Shown one piece after another: positions 1 to 14,869 of a stretch of DNA of 64,000 nucleotides (the stretch's first letter is position 1; the number at the start of each line of letters is the position of its first letter). The translations under genes were made by a program, and so were the position numbers. This stretch comes from the human T2T-CHM13v2.0 reference genome, Homo sapiens. The DNA lies in the NCBI RefSeq assembly GCF_009914755.1, contig NC_060929.1; one strand, 5' to 3'. The notes beneath the pieces are model-generated. The model was given only the letters and a program-made list of their open reading frames with translations. It was not told the DNA's origin and ran no database searches.

Positions 1-41
1 AATTTAGGTTTAATAAAGCTTCCGTGGAGTGGGGCTATTTT

Positions 42-355
<314 letters not shown>

Positions 356-571
356 AGGGCTGTTGATTTTATATAATTTCCTTCCTTTTTGGCTGATTGA
401 AGTCCATTGCTAATTCTAGTTTGACACTTTTTATTACCTCAACTAGATTATTTTGTCCAGAAAGTTTACTGAGCATCTTCTAGGCTAAGCACTTTAGAAA
501 GTATGAAAGAAGTTTAATTCACAATACTTATCCTAAAAGATCACAATCCTGCTGATGGCACTTAGACAGTA

Positions 572-872
572 CAGCAATCCCTTGATATCCACAGGGGTTT
601 GGTACCAGGACTCCTACAGATACCAACATCTAGGTATGTTTAAGTCCTTTATATAACATGGCGTGGTGTTTGCACATAACCTAGGCACATCCTCTCACAT
701 ACTTTAAATCATCTCTATATTACTTATAATACCTAATACAATGTAAATACTATGTAAATAGCTGCCACACTTTATTATTTTGATTGTTATGTTGTTAATT
801 TTATTTTTAATATTTTCAATCTGCAGTTGTGAATCTGCAAACGTAGAACCCACAGATACAGAGGGGCAACTG
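572..872 (+). mobile_element. MER2 (TcMar-Tigger non-autonomous DNA transposon)
   Basis: Termini CAGCAATCCCTTGATATCC / GATACAGAGGGGCAACTG flanked by TA at 570-571 and 873-874; internal ACTTTAAATCATCTCTA...TACTTATAATACCTAATACAATG. Confidence 0.85.
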
Positions 873-1282
873 TACTCAAATTATTTGAGAGTGGTGCAAG
901 CCCGCCAGTGAGTTTGTCACCAGTTGAGAAGACTTAAACGACTAACTCTATAATATAGAGATTTATTCTGGGTGGTCAGGAAGGGCCAAGATCATAGATA
1001 GTTAAAGATCCAGAGAAAATGGGACTTTGAAGTAAATGAAGGGAGGGGAAAAGAAAAATGTGCCTGAGAAATAGCATAAGTAAAAGTCCTGAGGTACATG
1101 GTGGAGTCACAGGGGAAAGGAAGAAGGCTGTCGGCTTGACTAAAGTGTGTGCAGGGAGATGAAGCCCGCTAGATAAGGTGGACACGGAGGCACTGCGCAC
1201 CTTGTTGCCAAATAGCGCCGGTCGTCAGAGAGTCTACAGTGAGAGCCATCTCTTCCTGTTTGTAATAGAAGTATGGAGTCTG

Positions 1283-1662
<380 letters not shown>

Positions 1663-2285
1663 TTAGGAAAGAAATAGCGCTTTTCCACCCAGGTTTTTGA
1701 CTGTGGAAAGTCAAAGGAGGCACCTGAAATTTCAGACCACTATACCCAAAGCACCTACATACATAGAAAATGGTGATCTCAAGCCTCAGAGTGAAAAATG
1801 AACATCCCAGGGAGACCAAAGAGGAGAAGTGCCTGTCTGTTTCTTGCCAGGCTGGGGGGCCAAAGGGAAACTGGGAGAAGAAGCAGAGACACGTCTACCA
1901 CCATGGAACCTTGCTGCTAAAAATTGATTTCAGAGTTTCCTTATGTCTCACAGCCTGGGAACTTGAATTAAATGAGCTTTGCACAGAGATTGCCAACCCA
2001 AAAGACCTGGGAGGTGAAGCCTTCTGTTTATTTCAAGTTTAACTGTAGCTTCAGCTGTCAGAGCAGCATCACATCTTGGGATCCCACCTGGAGCATCCTA
2101 GCCTCGGGGCACTTCTTTATCTCATGAGGAAGGTGGAAGTCTGAGCTGATCAGATGCTTGATGATGAAGTGGATTCCTCCTGAGGTAGAAACTTCCTCTC
2201 ACTGGAAGTTTTCAAGTAGAGGACCACTTTGCAGGGACATTGTCAAGAAAATTCATTCATTCGCTGGATGAACAGAATGATGATA

Positions 2286-2500
2286 AACAGCTAACACCGA
2301 CTGAGCACATGCTGGTGCCAGACCCTGTGTTTAGCACTTTAAGTATTTTGCTTCCTATGTCTCCATGAGATAAGAGATGCTGTTATCCCCATTTTACAAG
2401 CAAGAAGCCAAAACCTCAAAGAGTTTGGAATCTTACCTAAGATCTCATAACTCATAAGTGGTAAATATTTAAACCAAGTCTGTCTGATTCTGTGATCCAT
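2286..2500 (-). mobile_element. MIR fragment
   Basis: Antisense MIR core TGTTATCCCCATTTTACA; boundaries approximate. Confidence 0.65.
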
Positions 2501-3215
2501 ATTCTTACTTTTTAACTTCTTATTTCCAGAAAAGTGCACTAAAGCCCACATACTTCACAAAGAGACTTTTTTTAATATCTTACAGCCCTGCTGTTTTATA
2601 ATCTCACTGCTAAAGATGAAGGCATTTTTGGTTTCTGACCTTTTGCTGGGACATGAAGGTCTTGGGATTAAGGTTCATATACTCTCACATGTGTGAGTTT
2701 CATGTCCTCAGTGCCCATGTCTAAAAGCAAAAGTGAAAATTAAATCAGAGCGGAAAACACCTCTCTATTCAACACCAGATTGTTAGGGCTGAGCTGAAAA
2801 GCTCCTAAGTAAACTAGTTCATGGCCAAGTGGCCAGAGAACAAATTCTAGGAGCCTGAAATGTGAGATGGGAGAGCCAGTTTGCAACCCCACCTTGTTCA
2901 CAGGATGATTTCAGGCAGGTTCCTTAGATGACTGAAGTTTTTGAATTGTAAGGGACCTTAGAGAGTCCTAATGCAGATTGTTATCAATTATGCTGTACAG
3001 AATTATAGAGTTCACAACTTATTCTGCAAATATTCATTGTGAACTTGCTATGTGCCTAGTATTGGCCAGGAGATGCCTCCAGGGCTGCTAGAAAGGAGAA
3101 GGAGGAACAATAGGACAAAGTTGTTCTCTCATCCTCACTTCTTTAGCTGTGCCCTCCATTGTCTGTGTCATGTCAGCATTGCAGTTAAGACTTATTTTGA
3201 AAAGGACACTATATA

Positions 3216-3736
3216 CCAAAGGACTATAAATCATGCTGCTATAAAGACACATGCACACTTATGTTTATTGCAGCACTATTCACAATAGCAAAGACTTGGA
3301 ACCAACCCAAATGTCCAACAATGATAGACTGGATTAAGAAAATGTGGCACATATACACCATGGAATACTATGCAGCCTTAAAAAATGATGAGTTCATGTC
3401 CTTTGTAGAGACATGGATGAAATTGGAAATCATCATTCTCAGTAAACTATCGCAAGGACAAAAAACCAAACACTGCATGTTCTCACTCATAGGTGGGAAT
3501 TGAACAATGAGAACACATGGACACAGGAAGGGGAACATCACACACTGGGGCCTGTTGTGGGGTGGGGGGAGTGGGGAGGGATAGCATTAGGAGATATACC
3601 TAATGCTAAATGACGAGTTAATGGGTGCAGCACACCAGCATGGCACATGTATACATATGTAACTAACCTGCACATTGTGCACATGTACCCTATAACTTAA
3701 AGTATAATAATAATAAAATAAAAGAAAATAAAATAA
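3216..3736 (+). mobile_element. 5'-truncated young L1 (L1PA2-4-like) 3' end: ORF2 C-terminus, 3'UTR, A-rich tail
   Basis: Encodes ...TWNQPKCPTMIDWIKKMWHIYTMEYYAA...FSLIGGN; GATAGCATTAGGAGATATACCTAATGCTAAATGACGAG; 17-bp TSD GAAAA(G/A)GACACTATATA at 3199-3215 and 3737-3753. Confidence 0.95.
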
Positions 3737-4198
3737 GAAAAAGACACTATATAGCTTGAATTGCTCTTAGACAGCAATGTTCTATTCTAACACTCCCATT
3801 TGATAGATGATGAAGCCAAAAAAGATAAAGTAATTTGCCCAAAGTCCAGCCATCGTTGCTAGCTAGTTGCCACTTTACCCCAGTACCTCCTACAGCCCTG
3901 GGCTACAGTTCCCACATCTCTACGATGGAGGAAGGGGAACAGACTCTCTCTAGCAGTCTTTTCCAAGGCCAAAGTGTTTTCATTTTCTGAATTTCTTGAA
4001 CATCCACTGTTTGGCCAGTATTGTCCTTAGCTATCTAATAGTCACAACCCTTAAGTTCTTTTCTTTCTGTCCCTCGTGCCCTTTGTCTTCAGGCTGGTAA
4101 ACTGTCATAGATATTGATCTGAGCTTTGTTTAATCATGCTAAGCTTATACCATGGGTCCCAGGGAAACTAGGAAGATGAACAGTATATAACAATTACA

Positions 4199-4718
4199 AT
4201 TAACTTGTCATTTAGCATTAGGTATATCTCCTAATGCTATCCCTCCCCTGTCCCCCCACCCCACAACAGTCCCCAGAGTGTGATGTTCCCCTTCCTGTGT
4301 CCATGTGTTCTCATTGTTCAATTCCCACCTATGAGTGAGAACATGCAGTGTTTGGTTTTTTGTCTTTGTGATAGTTTACTGAGAATGATGATTTCCAATT
4401 TCATCCATGTCCCTACAAAGGACATGAACTCATCATTTTTTAAGGCTGCATAGTATTCCATGGTGTATATGTGCCACATTTTCTTAATCCAGTCTATCAT
4501 TGTTGGACATTTGGGTTGGTTCCAAGTCTTTGCTATTGTGAATAGTGCCACAATAAACATAACGTGTGCATGTGTCTTTATAGCAGCATGATTTATAGCC
4601 CTTTGGCTATATACCCAGTAATGGGATGGCTGGGTCAAATGGTATTTCTAGTTCTAGATCCCTGAGGAATCGCCACATGTGCCCTAAAACTTAAAGTATA
4701 ATAATAATTAAAAAAAAA
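4199..4718. mobile_element. 5'-inverted (twin-primed) young L1PA insertion: 4199-4677 antisense, 4674-4718 sense tail
   Basis: Antisense ORF2/3'UTR joined through a CACA microhomology to the sense L1 terminus CACATGTGCCCTAAAACTTAAAGTATAATAATAA-polyA; degenerate TSD AACAATTACAA (4189-4199) / AACAGTTACCA (4717-4727). Confidence 0.9.
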
Positions 4719-6091
4719 CAGTTACCAGTATTTATTGAGTGCTTAAGGTAGTAAAGGCTTGAGAAGCTGGAGCCTATTTTCATACCGAATATGTAAATAT
4801 CGACATCTCTGCTCTAGAAGATCTAGGACACTCTGGAAAAGTGTCTGTATATCTTATATTAGGAGTAGTGGCCTCACCAATGTGGTGTCATGGTTAGTAA
4901 AGGACAGGCTGAGTGAACAAGAAGGGACTGATCATGTCTTTGCCAGTTGCCACCGCCTAGCTACGTTCTTGGGCATGGGACCTAATTTGTCCAGCCTCAA
5001 CTTTCATCTGTGTGACAGGTCCAATAATTCCCCATACCACAGGGATGTTGTGATGATTAAATGATAAGCAGAGATTTTAGTACAGGATTGGATATATAGT
5101 AAGCTCTCCATAAATGGTAATACTATTACTATACATATACATGTATTTTACATACCTATATATATTTACATACATTTATGATCTAGTTTATAATCTCCAA
5201 TATGCCTTGGAAGCTTCAGAATGAGTCTTATTTCATTTTTGTAATGTTACTATCATACACAGCAATAACAGAAACAAGTTCTAAAATTTCTCCCTGGAGC
5301 TTTACTTCAGGAGTTTGCTACCAATTAGAGGGGTGGGGGGAAGAGGAAGAGATGGGAGAAAGAGAATTTCACCTGTTTTAGTCTCTATATACAAATAAAG
5401 TGGGTGACCCCTAACTTTGCCAAGCTCTTGCCTCAGAATGAAACCACACCCAGTGCCTGTAACTTCCTAATCAAACACGTGAGTTACCTTCAAGGGTTAC
5501 AAAATCATAGTTCATGGATGAAATATGTGTGGCCCAAACAGAATTCTAATTTGTTAAAAAAAACAGTTGCTAACCTTTCAAAATACAAGAATTTCATTTG
5601 AAAATCTAGGTTTCTGTCTTCTCACTTACTTTTAACTTTCTTAATCTGACCTACATACTCAAGGCAAAACTATATAGCACACTGTTTTATCACAAAGGTA
5701 ACACTCAGCCAAGTCAAGAATTGTAGCGTTGTCAGCCCCCAGGAATGCTCTTGTGCCCATCCCTAGCTCTATACACTGTCTCTCCAAACAGAACCTCTAT
5801 CGGGATTCATCATAACATCCTTGTTTTTCTTTAGAACTTTACCACCTAAGCATGCATTTCTAAATGTTAGAGTTTAATTTTGTCTACATTTTGGAATTCA
5901 GAATATACTCCTGACCTCACGGTAGGAAAAATCTTCTTAAACAAAATATAAAACCATCCATAAGGAAGAAACTGATAAATTGAACTGTATTAAAGTTAAC
6001 AGTTTCTGTCCTATAAAGCAGGAGATACCATTAAGAGAGTGAAAATGCAAGCTACAGAAAGGAACACTCACATTTAGAATACCTAAAATCA

Positions 6092-6409
<318 letters not shown>

Positions 6410-8218
6410 TCAACATTTCAATAAGCATCCAGTATGTATTTATGTGTGTATCTGTTTACGTTTGCTTAATATAACACTCATAGGATTCATCCTCATGATT
6501 GTAGATAGGTGTAGTTTACTCATTTTCATTCCTGTATAGGATTCTATTGTATGAGTATGCCAAAATTTATTCATCCATAATTCTACTCTTGATGGACATT
6601 TGGGCCGTTTACACTTTTGAATAATGAGTCTATAAATATTCTTGTATATGTGTCTGGGTGCACATGTGCACATATTTTTTGTTGGATATAAACCTGGGAG
6701 TGTTATGTGAATGTTCAGCTTTAATAGATACTGCCAAATAGTTTTTCAAAGTAGCTGTACCAATTTACACTCCCACCATCAATATGTGACAATTCCCATT
6801 GCTCCAAATTCTCTCAAACACTTGGGATTGTAAGTCATTTTAATTTTAGCCCTCCTGGTGGGGGTGTAGTGATAACTCATTGTGATTTTAATTTGTATTT
6901 CTCTTGATTATTTGTGAGTTTTAACTTCATTTCATGTGCTTATTGAAATGCTGATATGCTTTTTTAAGTGATAACAGTTAATACCTTTTTTAAAAATTGA
7001 TTTTAGGTATTCTAAATGTGAGCCTTCAGTCAAATGTGTATGTTGCAAATATCTTCTTCCTTTCCATAGCTTGCATTTTCACTCTCTTAATGGTATCTCT
7101 TGCTGTGCAGGACAGAAACTGTTAACTTGAATGCAGTCCAATTTATCAGTTTCTTCCTTATGGATGGTTTTATATTTTGTTTAGGAAAACTTTTCCTACC
7201 CTGAGATCAGGAATATATTCTTCTATATTAACTTTTGGTGGCCTTATGTTTTTCCACTTAAATTAATGATCCATCTGGTACTGATTTTTATTTAGGGTAT
7301 AGTATAGGGGTCTAGAATCAATTTTTCTACATAGATATCCAGTTGTCAGCATCATTTATTGAAAAGATCACCTTTTCTCCACTAAACTTCAGTGGCATCT
7401 TGGTCATAAATCAAGTGACCAAGTATGTCTGGTTCTGCTTCTGGTCTTTCTTTTCTGTTCCACTGGTTTGTTTATTTCTCAGGTACTTAGATTTAAACTG
7501 AGCCTTTGTATCTGGAACAGGAAGCTTTTCCCCTTTTTCAAAATTGTTTTGGCTATTATTAGACCTTTACATTTACATACAAATTTTAGAACCAGCATGT
7601 CACATTCCAAATAAAACCTACAGAAATTCTAATTGGGATATAATTTAATTACAATCAGTTTGGGAGAGTTGATATCTTTACAATATTGAGTCTTCAAATC
7701 CCAGAGCATAGTATATTGCTTCAATTATTAAGATCTTCTTTTATTTTTTTCAGTAATATTTTGTAGTTTTCAGTACAGATCTTTTGTTAGATTTATTTTG
7801 TAGGTATTCAATGTTTTTTGATATTATAAAAAGTGTTCTTAAAATATTATGTCATAATTGTTTGGCGCTGGTAAATGGAAATACAAATGATTAATTTTAT
7901 ATTGATTTTATGTCTCGTGACCTTGCTAAATTCACTTTTTTCTACAGTTTTTCTTTCTGTGAATACAGTCATGTCATTTATGGGTAATGAGAGTATTATT
8001 TTTTCCTTGCCAACTTGACCATAATATCTCCTTATTCAGTTTGTTAGTACTTTAAGATGTTTTTCATCCTGATTATGAAATAATAAAGTATGTGTAATTT
8101 TCTTTTCTTACAATACCCTTGTTCAATTTGGTATTCAGGTTATGCTGACCTCAGGAGGAAAATAAGGCAGTGCTCCCTCTTCCCATTCTTTAAAAGAATG
8201 ATATAAACATATCACAAA

Positions 8219-8219
<1 letters not shown>

Positions 8220-8251
<32 letters not shown>
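8220..8251. repeat. (TA)n microsatellite
   Basis: About 15 perfect AT units. Confidence 0.95.
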
Positions 8252-8252
<1 letters not shown>

Positions 8253-8253
<1 letters not shown>

Positions 8254-8391
8254 CACAGTTTCTTTATCCACTCGTTGATTGATGGGCATTTGCATTGGTT
8301 TCACATTTTTGCAATTGTAAATTGTGCCGCTATAAACATGCATGTGCAAGTATCTTTTTCATATAATGACTTGTTTTCCTCTGGGTAGATT
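8253..8391 (-). mobile_element. L1PB-like fragment
   Basis: TTCTTTATCCACTCGTTGATTGATGGGCATTT...GCTATAAACATGCATGTGCAAGTATCTTTTTC...CTCTGGGTAGAT. Confidence 0.7.
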
Positions 8392-10633
8392 TATAATCTC
8401 ACCTTCTATACTATTGACATTGGTGGATTTTTTGCTTGGTTGCTCTCATATTTTCTCTCAAATTATTGAGGGGTTGGTTTTGACTTTGTTTATCTTGTCT
8501 ATTGTACATTTATTTCATTAACTTCTACACTTTATTTACTTCTTCTTTTCTATGTTTAATTTGCAGGGCTTTTTCCTGACTTCTTAAAATGGATGCTTGG
8601 TTCATTGATTTTTTTCATATCTTTTCTTCTTTTCTAATATATGCATTTGTAAAGCCTTGCATTTCTCTCTAAAGATAGACTTAACCACATCACTATTTTC
8701 TTGGCTTGTTTCAGATTTACTAAATTTTAAATTTTTTTGACTTTTTACTCCTGTATTAATTTGAATATTAGGCACCCCTTAACTGTTCTTCTAGTGCTTA
8801 CACTGATGATTGCAACATTCATTCTTGGCATATCAAATGTTATTGTAATTGCCACTTACACCCTTTTCCCAGATGGTACAAAGACCTTGAATACTTAGTT
8901 TTATTTATTTAACTGCTAATGTACATGTTATTATTGTTGCATAATTTTTATATTTTTACAGTCGACAATATGGTATTATTGTTGTTGCTGCTCTTTTATT
9001 CAGTCAGCATTATTTATATTTACCCATATATTTATAATTTTTATTACCTTTTATTCTATTTGTTATCTCAAAGTTTCCATCTGGAATAATTTTCCTTCTT
9101 TGTGAATAATATCATTCTGTATTTCCATTAGTGTGGGTCTGTTGTTGACAATTTTTTTTCTTTTTCTTTGCATCAAAATGTCTTTATTTTACATTCTCTA
9201 TGGAAAAAAGTTTTTGTTGGATATGTAGTCTACATCACAGTTATTCTCTGTCAGCACTTTAAAGATGTAATTTAGTTGTTTCTTGTGAAGGGTCAGCTGT
9301 CTGCTTTATTGTTGATCTTTTGACAGTAATCTGTCTGCCTTTGCCCCACTTCCAGGTACAGAGTTACTGTCTTTGGTTTTCAGCAATTTTGCAATATTCT
9401 GGTTAGTTGCGATTCTTTTTTTTAATTTAACATCATTTGGGTACATTGGACTTCTCAAATTTGTGTCTTGATGTCTTTTGTCAGGTTTGGAGAGCTTTTG
9501 GCAATTAATTCTTCAGACATCATTTATGTGTCCTTCTTTTTTCACTTTATGAAATTTCATTTACAATGATGTTAAGGTGTTTCACTGTAACCCACATTCT
9601 TTTCCATATTTTCTATCATTTTCTCTTTATATGTTTCAATCCTGTTATATTCTTCTGATCTATCTTGATGTTTGCTAATTCTCTTTTTGGCTGCACCTAA
9701 TCTGCCATTGTTCCTGTCTATTGAATTTTAGATGCCAGTCATTATACTGTTCAATTTTGGAAAATTTTTCGTGGTTCTTTCACATGGTTTTCAGTCCTCT
9801 GATAAAATTATCAATCCTTCATTTAATCTCCTGGGAGATAGTAAGCATAGTTGATTATGAAATTTATGTCTGTAATGTCTGATTACTCTATTATCTTGAG
9901 CCCCTGTGGGTCTATTCCTATTTTCTCTGCTTTTCTGTTCATTTTAATTTATGTTGTCTTATCTTCCTGTATAACAGTTTTTTTTTACTGCGTTCTGGAC
10001 ATTGAATTTGCAAAATTTCTTTGCAGAAATAATTTGAGGCCTAAGCTGATGTTATCTTTTTCCCTAGTAGATATATGTTTGCTTGCTGCACTAGTACTCC
10101 ATTATCAGGTCAATCCAATTTCAGGGATTGAGATGATTTGAAGCTACACTGCAACCCTTACTAGTACCTGTCTATTTCCAGTTCAGCCTTACTCCTATTG
10201 GGCAGCCCTTCTGAGTCCCAGCCTAAAGTTGGGTTTAACAAGCTTCCCCCACTGCAATCACCATATTTTGGTCCTGGACTCCAAATTTCATCTTTCTATT
10301 TCTGGCAAGCTCTTAAATGAGCTTCCTCTTAGTTGTTTAGTTGCTTACTCTAGAATTAGTAAATATCCCCAAGGTGCAAGCAGCTCCAAACACAAAGGTT
10401 ACCTCCCGGGCTTCCTCCATCCTTAGATCCCAGCCCTGCTATTCTTTGCTCTTTTGTTAGCTCTCCTACATCTTCAAGTAGATTTGTAAATATTTTGCCC
10501 AGCTTTTCTTGTTGTTCTCATTGGGAGTATTCGTCCAAATTACATAGTCTTTCATTAACACAAGAGGAAGTCCTGTTCCTGATCTTGAAAAAAATGATAG
10601 ATATGTCCACAATAGGCTGAAACAAGGCAGTGA

Positions 10634-11041
<408 letters not shown>

Positions 11042-11774
11042 CAGACTCTTTTCTTAAATATTCCAATAAGGTACAATTTGATCATCCTAGGTTTCTTTCC
11101 TCTAAGTCTGGCATGATATGGTTGGTAAATGGAGGTTAACTATTTTATTATTTTGCTAGAGAAGAACTCCTAAAGCCCCTATGGGGTTGGCATCATTCTA
11201 CTGTCTGCATGCCTGGAAGATCTAAAATATTTAGTGGGCCCAGAACTCCTCTATGAGGACAGATTGCCAGACTGCTTTGCACTGCAGAGCCTTTCAATGG
11301 AAAACTGGATTTCTAGCCTCAGTTGTGATGTGAGACCAGGACAGTGTTGAATGGAGACTAAAAATAGGGTGACTTACAAACAGATAGTGTGTATCTCCCA
11401 GGGAGTGTGAAGTCCACTTTCCAAAGCAACTGCCAGCATAAGGAGTGTTAATGCCCTCTGGGATCCAAGTAGGATGAAAACAAACCACAGAAAATGAGGT
11501 AGGATGTTCAACTCTCCCTTTCAGTGATCAGGAAATCTACATGCTCATAGACTGGATTATTCAGAATAGACCTTGTTGAAAGTTACTGGAATGGAGGAAA
11601 ACCCTACAAAGATTTCCAGATTCCCTGGGGAAGACAAAAGTATTTGGTCTTTGTTGTTATCGTTGTTGTTGTTTAAAGTGAACTCCTGTCCTTTGCTCTA
11701 ATTCAAGGAAGAATTTCTGAGTATAGCTACTCTATGCAAAATAATCTCTGCCTTTAGGGCTTCCCCTAATTGTG

Positions 11775-12010
11775 GTCGAGAGTGTAGTCTCCAGAGTCAA
11801 GATGCCTAGATTTCAATCCTTATTCTACTATTTATTAGCATTGTAACCTTGGGCAAGTTATCTAATTTCTCTATGTTGCAATTTCCCCATTTATAAAATG
11901 GAAGTAAAAGTGCTACTTTATCTCCAAGGGTTTTTGTGAGGATTTTAAAAAGTCATGCATATAAAGTATCTAGAACAGTGTCTGGCACATGGAAAAACTC
12001 AAATAAAAAT
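11775..12010 (+). mobile_element. MIR
   Basis: GTAACCTTGGGCAAGTTA...TTTCCCCATTTATAAAATGG...AGAACAGTGTCTGGCACAT. Confidence 0.75.
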
Positions 12011-12369
12011 AGCTATTTATAATTAATTTTGTTTTAGTATTATAATTGTATAGTAATGCTCAACACGTTTATCGTGTGTCTCTCAAAGCCCTGGATTTCT
12101 TATCTCAGTTCTGCACTCTTTCATTTAAAGTTCTGAACAGGCTGTCTTCAACCTGGTGGATGGTTCAAACAGGCTGTCCAACTTTCTTAGTTGGATATGG
12201 GGATTTCCAAATCTTGCTGCTCATTTCAGAAAGCTTTTTGAAAATATAGACTCCTAGGATTTGCCCACAGAGATTCTGATTTAGTAGATTTGGAGTGAGG
12301 CCTAGGAAGCTATATTTTAAAAAGCTTGCCACTACGTATAATATGCAACCAATTTGGAATGACTGAACT

Positions 12370-12550
12370 ATGATGACCTGGTACCAATTATTAAATATAT
12401 GGAGCCAATTATTAAATATTCATAAATTTTGCAAACTGATTGTTAAACCATTAGTAGTTATTAGCTATGGTAGGAATATTTACACCATGGAAACTGGCAA
12501 ATCCTACATTCTTTTTTTCCTGGAAAGCTGGTTTACTGTCCCACCACTGG
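12370..12550. mobile_element. hAT MITE remnant (MER63-like)
   Basis: GATTGTTAAAC...GGTAGGAATATTTACACCATGGAAACTGGCAAA...CACCACTGG terminus; family recalled by eye. Confidence 0.5.
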
Positions 12551-14792
12551 CACAATCTTCTTAGCCCCTGGGATCTGGAGTATCTCTGTCTGAATCTCCT
12601 TTGGTTAGAACTTTACATCTCCATGATTTTCTGTTCTCTAATTGAGGTTTTGATCTGCCAGGCAGTAGATATTCCTGTGACTGAAAGGGCTTCCAGCTAG
12701 ATATCTCTGCAGCCATAATCAAGCTCTCCATCATTGCTTTGTTTTGAGGCAGAGGTGGAAAACTGGTGGTCAGTGGTGATTCTGGTTCACAGATGCATAA
12801 TTGTTGGCTCTCACGAAGACTTAAAATTAAAGTCGGAGGCAGCTTTTTAAAAAATTATAAGATGGCATATAAAAATCCAGATTCTCACCTTCTCTTTCAA
12901 AAAACAAACAAACAAACAAAAACTAAGTTGAAAGAAGATCTGGACCTGCTTTTCAGTGGACAAAGTTCAGCCAAAGCTACGTGAGCACTGGCAGGGGAAA
13001 GGTGTTCTCTCACCGGCTCATTTGTTCATTTATGTTTTCCGCCTGGCCTTGAGCTTGCAGCTCCTCTGGGAAGCAGTGTGTTCTGTTGGAAAAGGTGCCA
13101 GACTGGGTCTTTGGAGATGTAGGTTTGTAATCATGACTCTGTTTTTTAATTTATCGTGTGACCTTGGTCAAGTCATTCTCCCTAACAGAGCCTCAGTTTC
13201 TCACCTGCAAACTAGGGAGAATGCTTGCTTTGTCTGCCTCTCCAAATGTGAGATGGGGAAATGTGAGTCCTTGACCACCAGCTGTAGAAAAGTAAGGAAT
13301 TATTGCTAAATATTGATTCCTATTTCCTGCCATTGGCACCTAGGTGGGAATGAATAATCCCAGAACAGGTTCTGATAGGAGAAAATATTTGAATAGATAG
13401 GAGTGCTGAGAAGGGATAAGGAGAGAGTGCCTATAATGAGAAAAGTGCACAAAACAGAAATACTAGTGAATATGCTGAATCTACAGTCTTCTTAAGGGAA
13501 ATTTGGGAACATGAGAATTTGAAGTTGATACTATTAACCAACCTCATGTCACATATAAGAAAATATGGGCTTGGAAATCAAATCTGCACATAAATTCCAG
13601 AAGGCTATGCCTTTGTGCAAGTTAACTTATCTGAGCCTCTGTTTCCTCATGTATACAAGGTGGATATTAGAATCTATCTTGCAATGCATTGTGAAGATTC
13701 AGTGGGATAATGCATATTAAGTGCCTGAGATATTTTGTGAATGTCCAATAAATGGCAACTGCTGTTATCAGCTCAAATCAGGCATATGCAAATTGAACTA
13801 CTGGCAAATAGGGAAGTAGTTAGGAGAATATGATGTATTGTTAGTGGATATTTCCTTATCAGAAAAGAACTTTGCATAATCCGTAAGGGACTTCTTCTAC
13901 TTCCCATTCCACTGAAGAACTTCAATTTAGTATTTTACCCAGCATTTGCTGCAAGCTTCGTAGGATACCCAGCCACACATACCCATATCAGCAGCAAGTT
14001 CTGAGAGCCAGCGGCAGTATTAGCATTATAAAGTGTTTCCAGAGTTGGACCAGTGTGTGCTTCCCCTTCATAAATCCTTAAATCTTAGGCTCACTCAGCT
14101 GGAAAAAAAAAAAAGAAATCTGGGTTTGAAGAACACTTATTTATTTTTGATTTTCTCTGCCTTGTGTGCTTCTTTTGACTGCGCATCTGAATATCAAGGC
14201 AAGAAGTGCTCAAGTTCCTCTGGGCTCTGGAAGGCTGGAACCAATTGGTATTCTTGGAGTCGGTCCTTTTTGGACTAAAGCTCCTTTTTCTTTTCCTCCC
14301 CCCAATAAAAATTTCTGTTCCAGGGAGTACTTTCTCAGTCACTCCTTTCCTAATGTAATTCTGTTTGATTTCCACTGAACGGCTCCTGAAAGGAGACACT
14401 GAACCATGCCTCCACAAGCATTTCAATTCCTCAACACCAGCTTTCAGGCAGGAGCAGTTCCAGATGCATTTTTATATCCAGTAATCATGCATTTAACCAA
14501 AATGATTGATGCAGCATTTTTTCCCCTCTCTATCATTTCCAGTCCATTAGTCTTATTTGTTTTCCATGGTTTGGGTTCCTGCCAAATCAGTGAATATACA
14601 AATACTTGCATAAGTCATGCACATCTACACACACATACATGTAATAGGTACTGGGTCTGTATCTGAGTTGAATATTCAACATTTTATTTCCAGGCTTCAT
14701 GTCTCCACTGAAGTTTTAGCCGCTTCTTTCCTTCTTTCTTACTTCCCTCTCTCCCTTCTTTTTTTCCCTCTCTTCCTCTCCTTTATAGTCTA

Positions 14793-14869
14793 TTAAGTTG
14801 GTGCAAAAGTAATTGTGATTTTGCCATTACTTTTAATGACAAACCACAATGGCTTTTGCACCAACCTAA
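14793..14869. mobile_element. MADE1 (Hsmar1/mariner-derived MITE), near full-length palindrome
   Basis: TTAAGTTGGTGCAAAAGTAATTG...CAATGGCTTTTGCACCAACCTAA; TA at 14791-14792, CA on the right. Confidence 0.92.

Noticed and set aside
3261-4638. ORFs matching the L1 ORF2p C-terminus
   Set aside because: Truncated L1 fragments with no promoter or full ORF; reported as mobile elements
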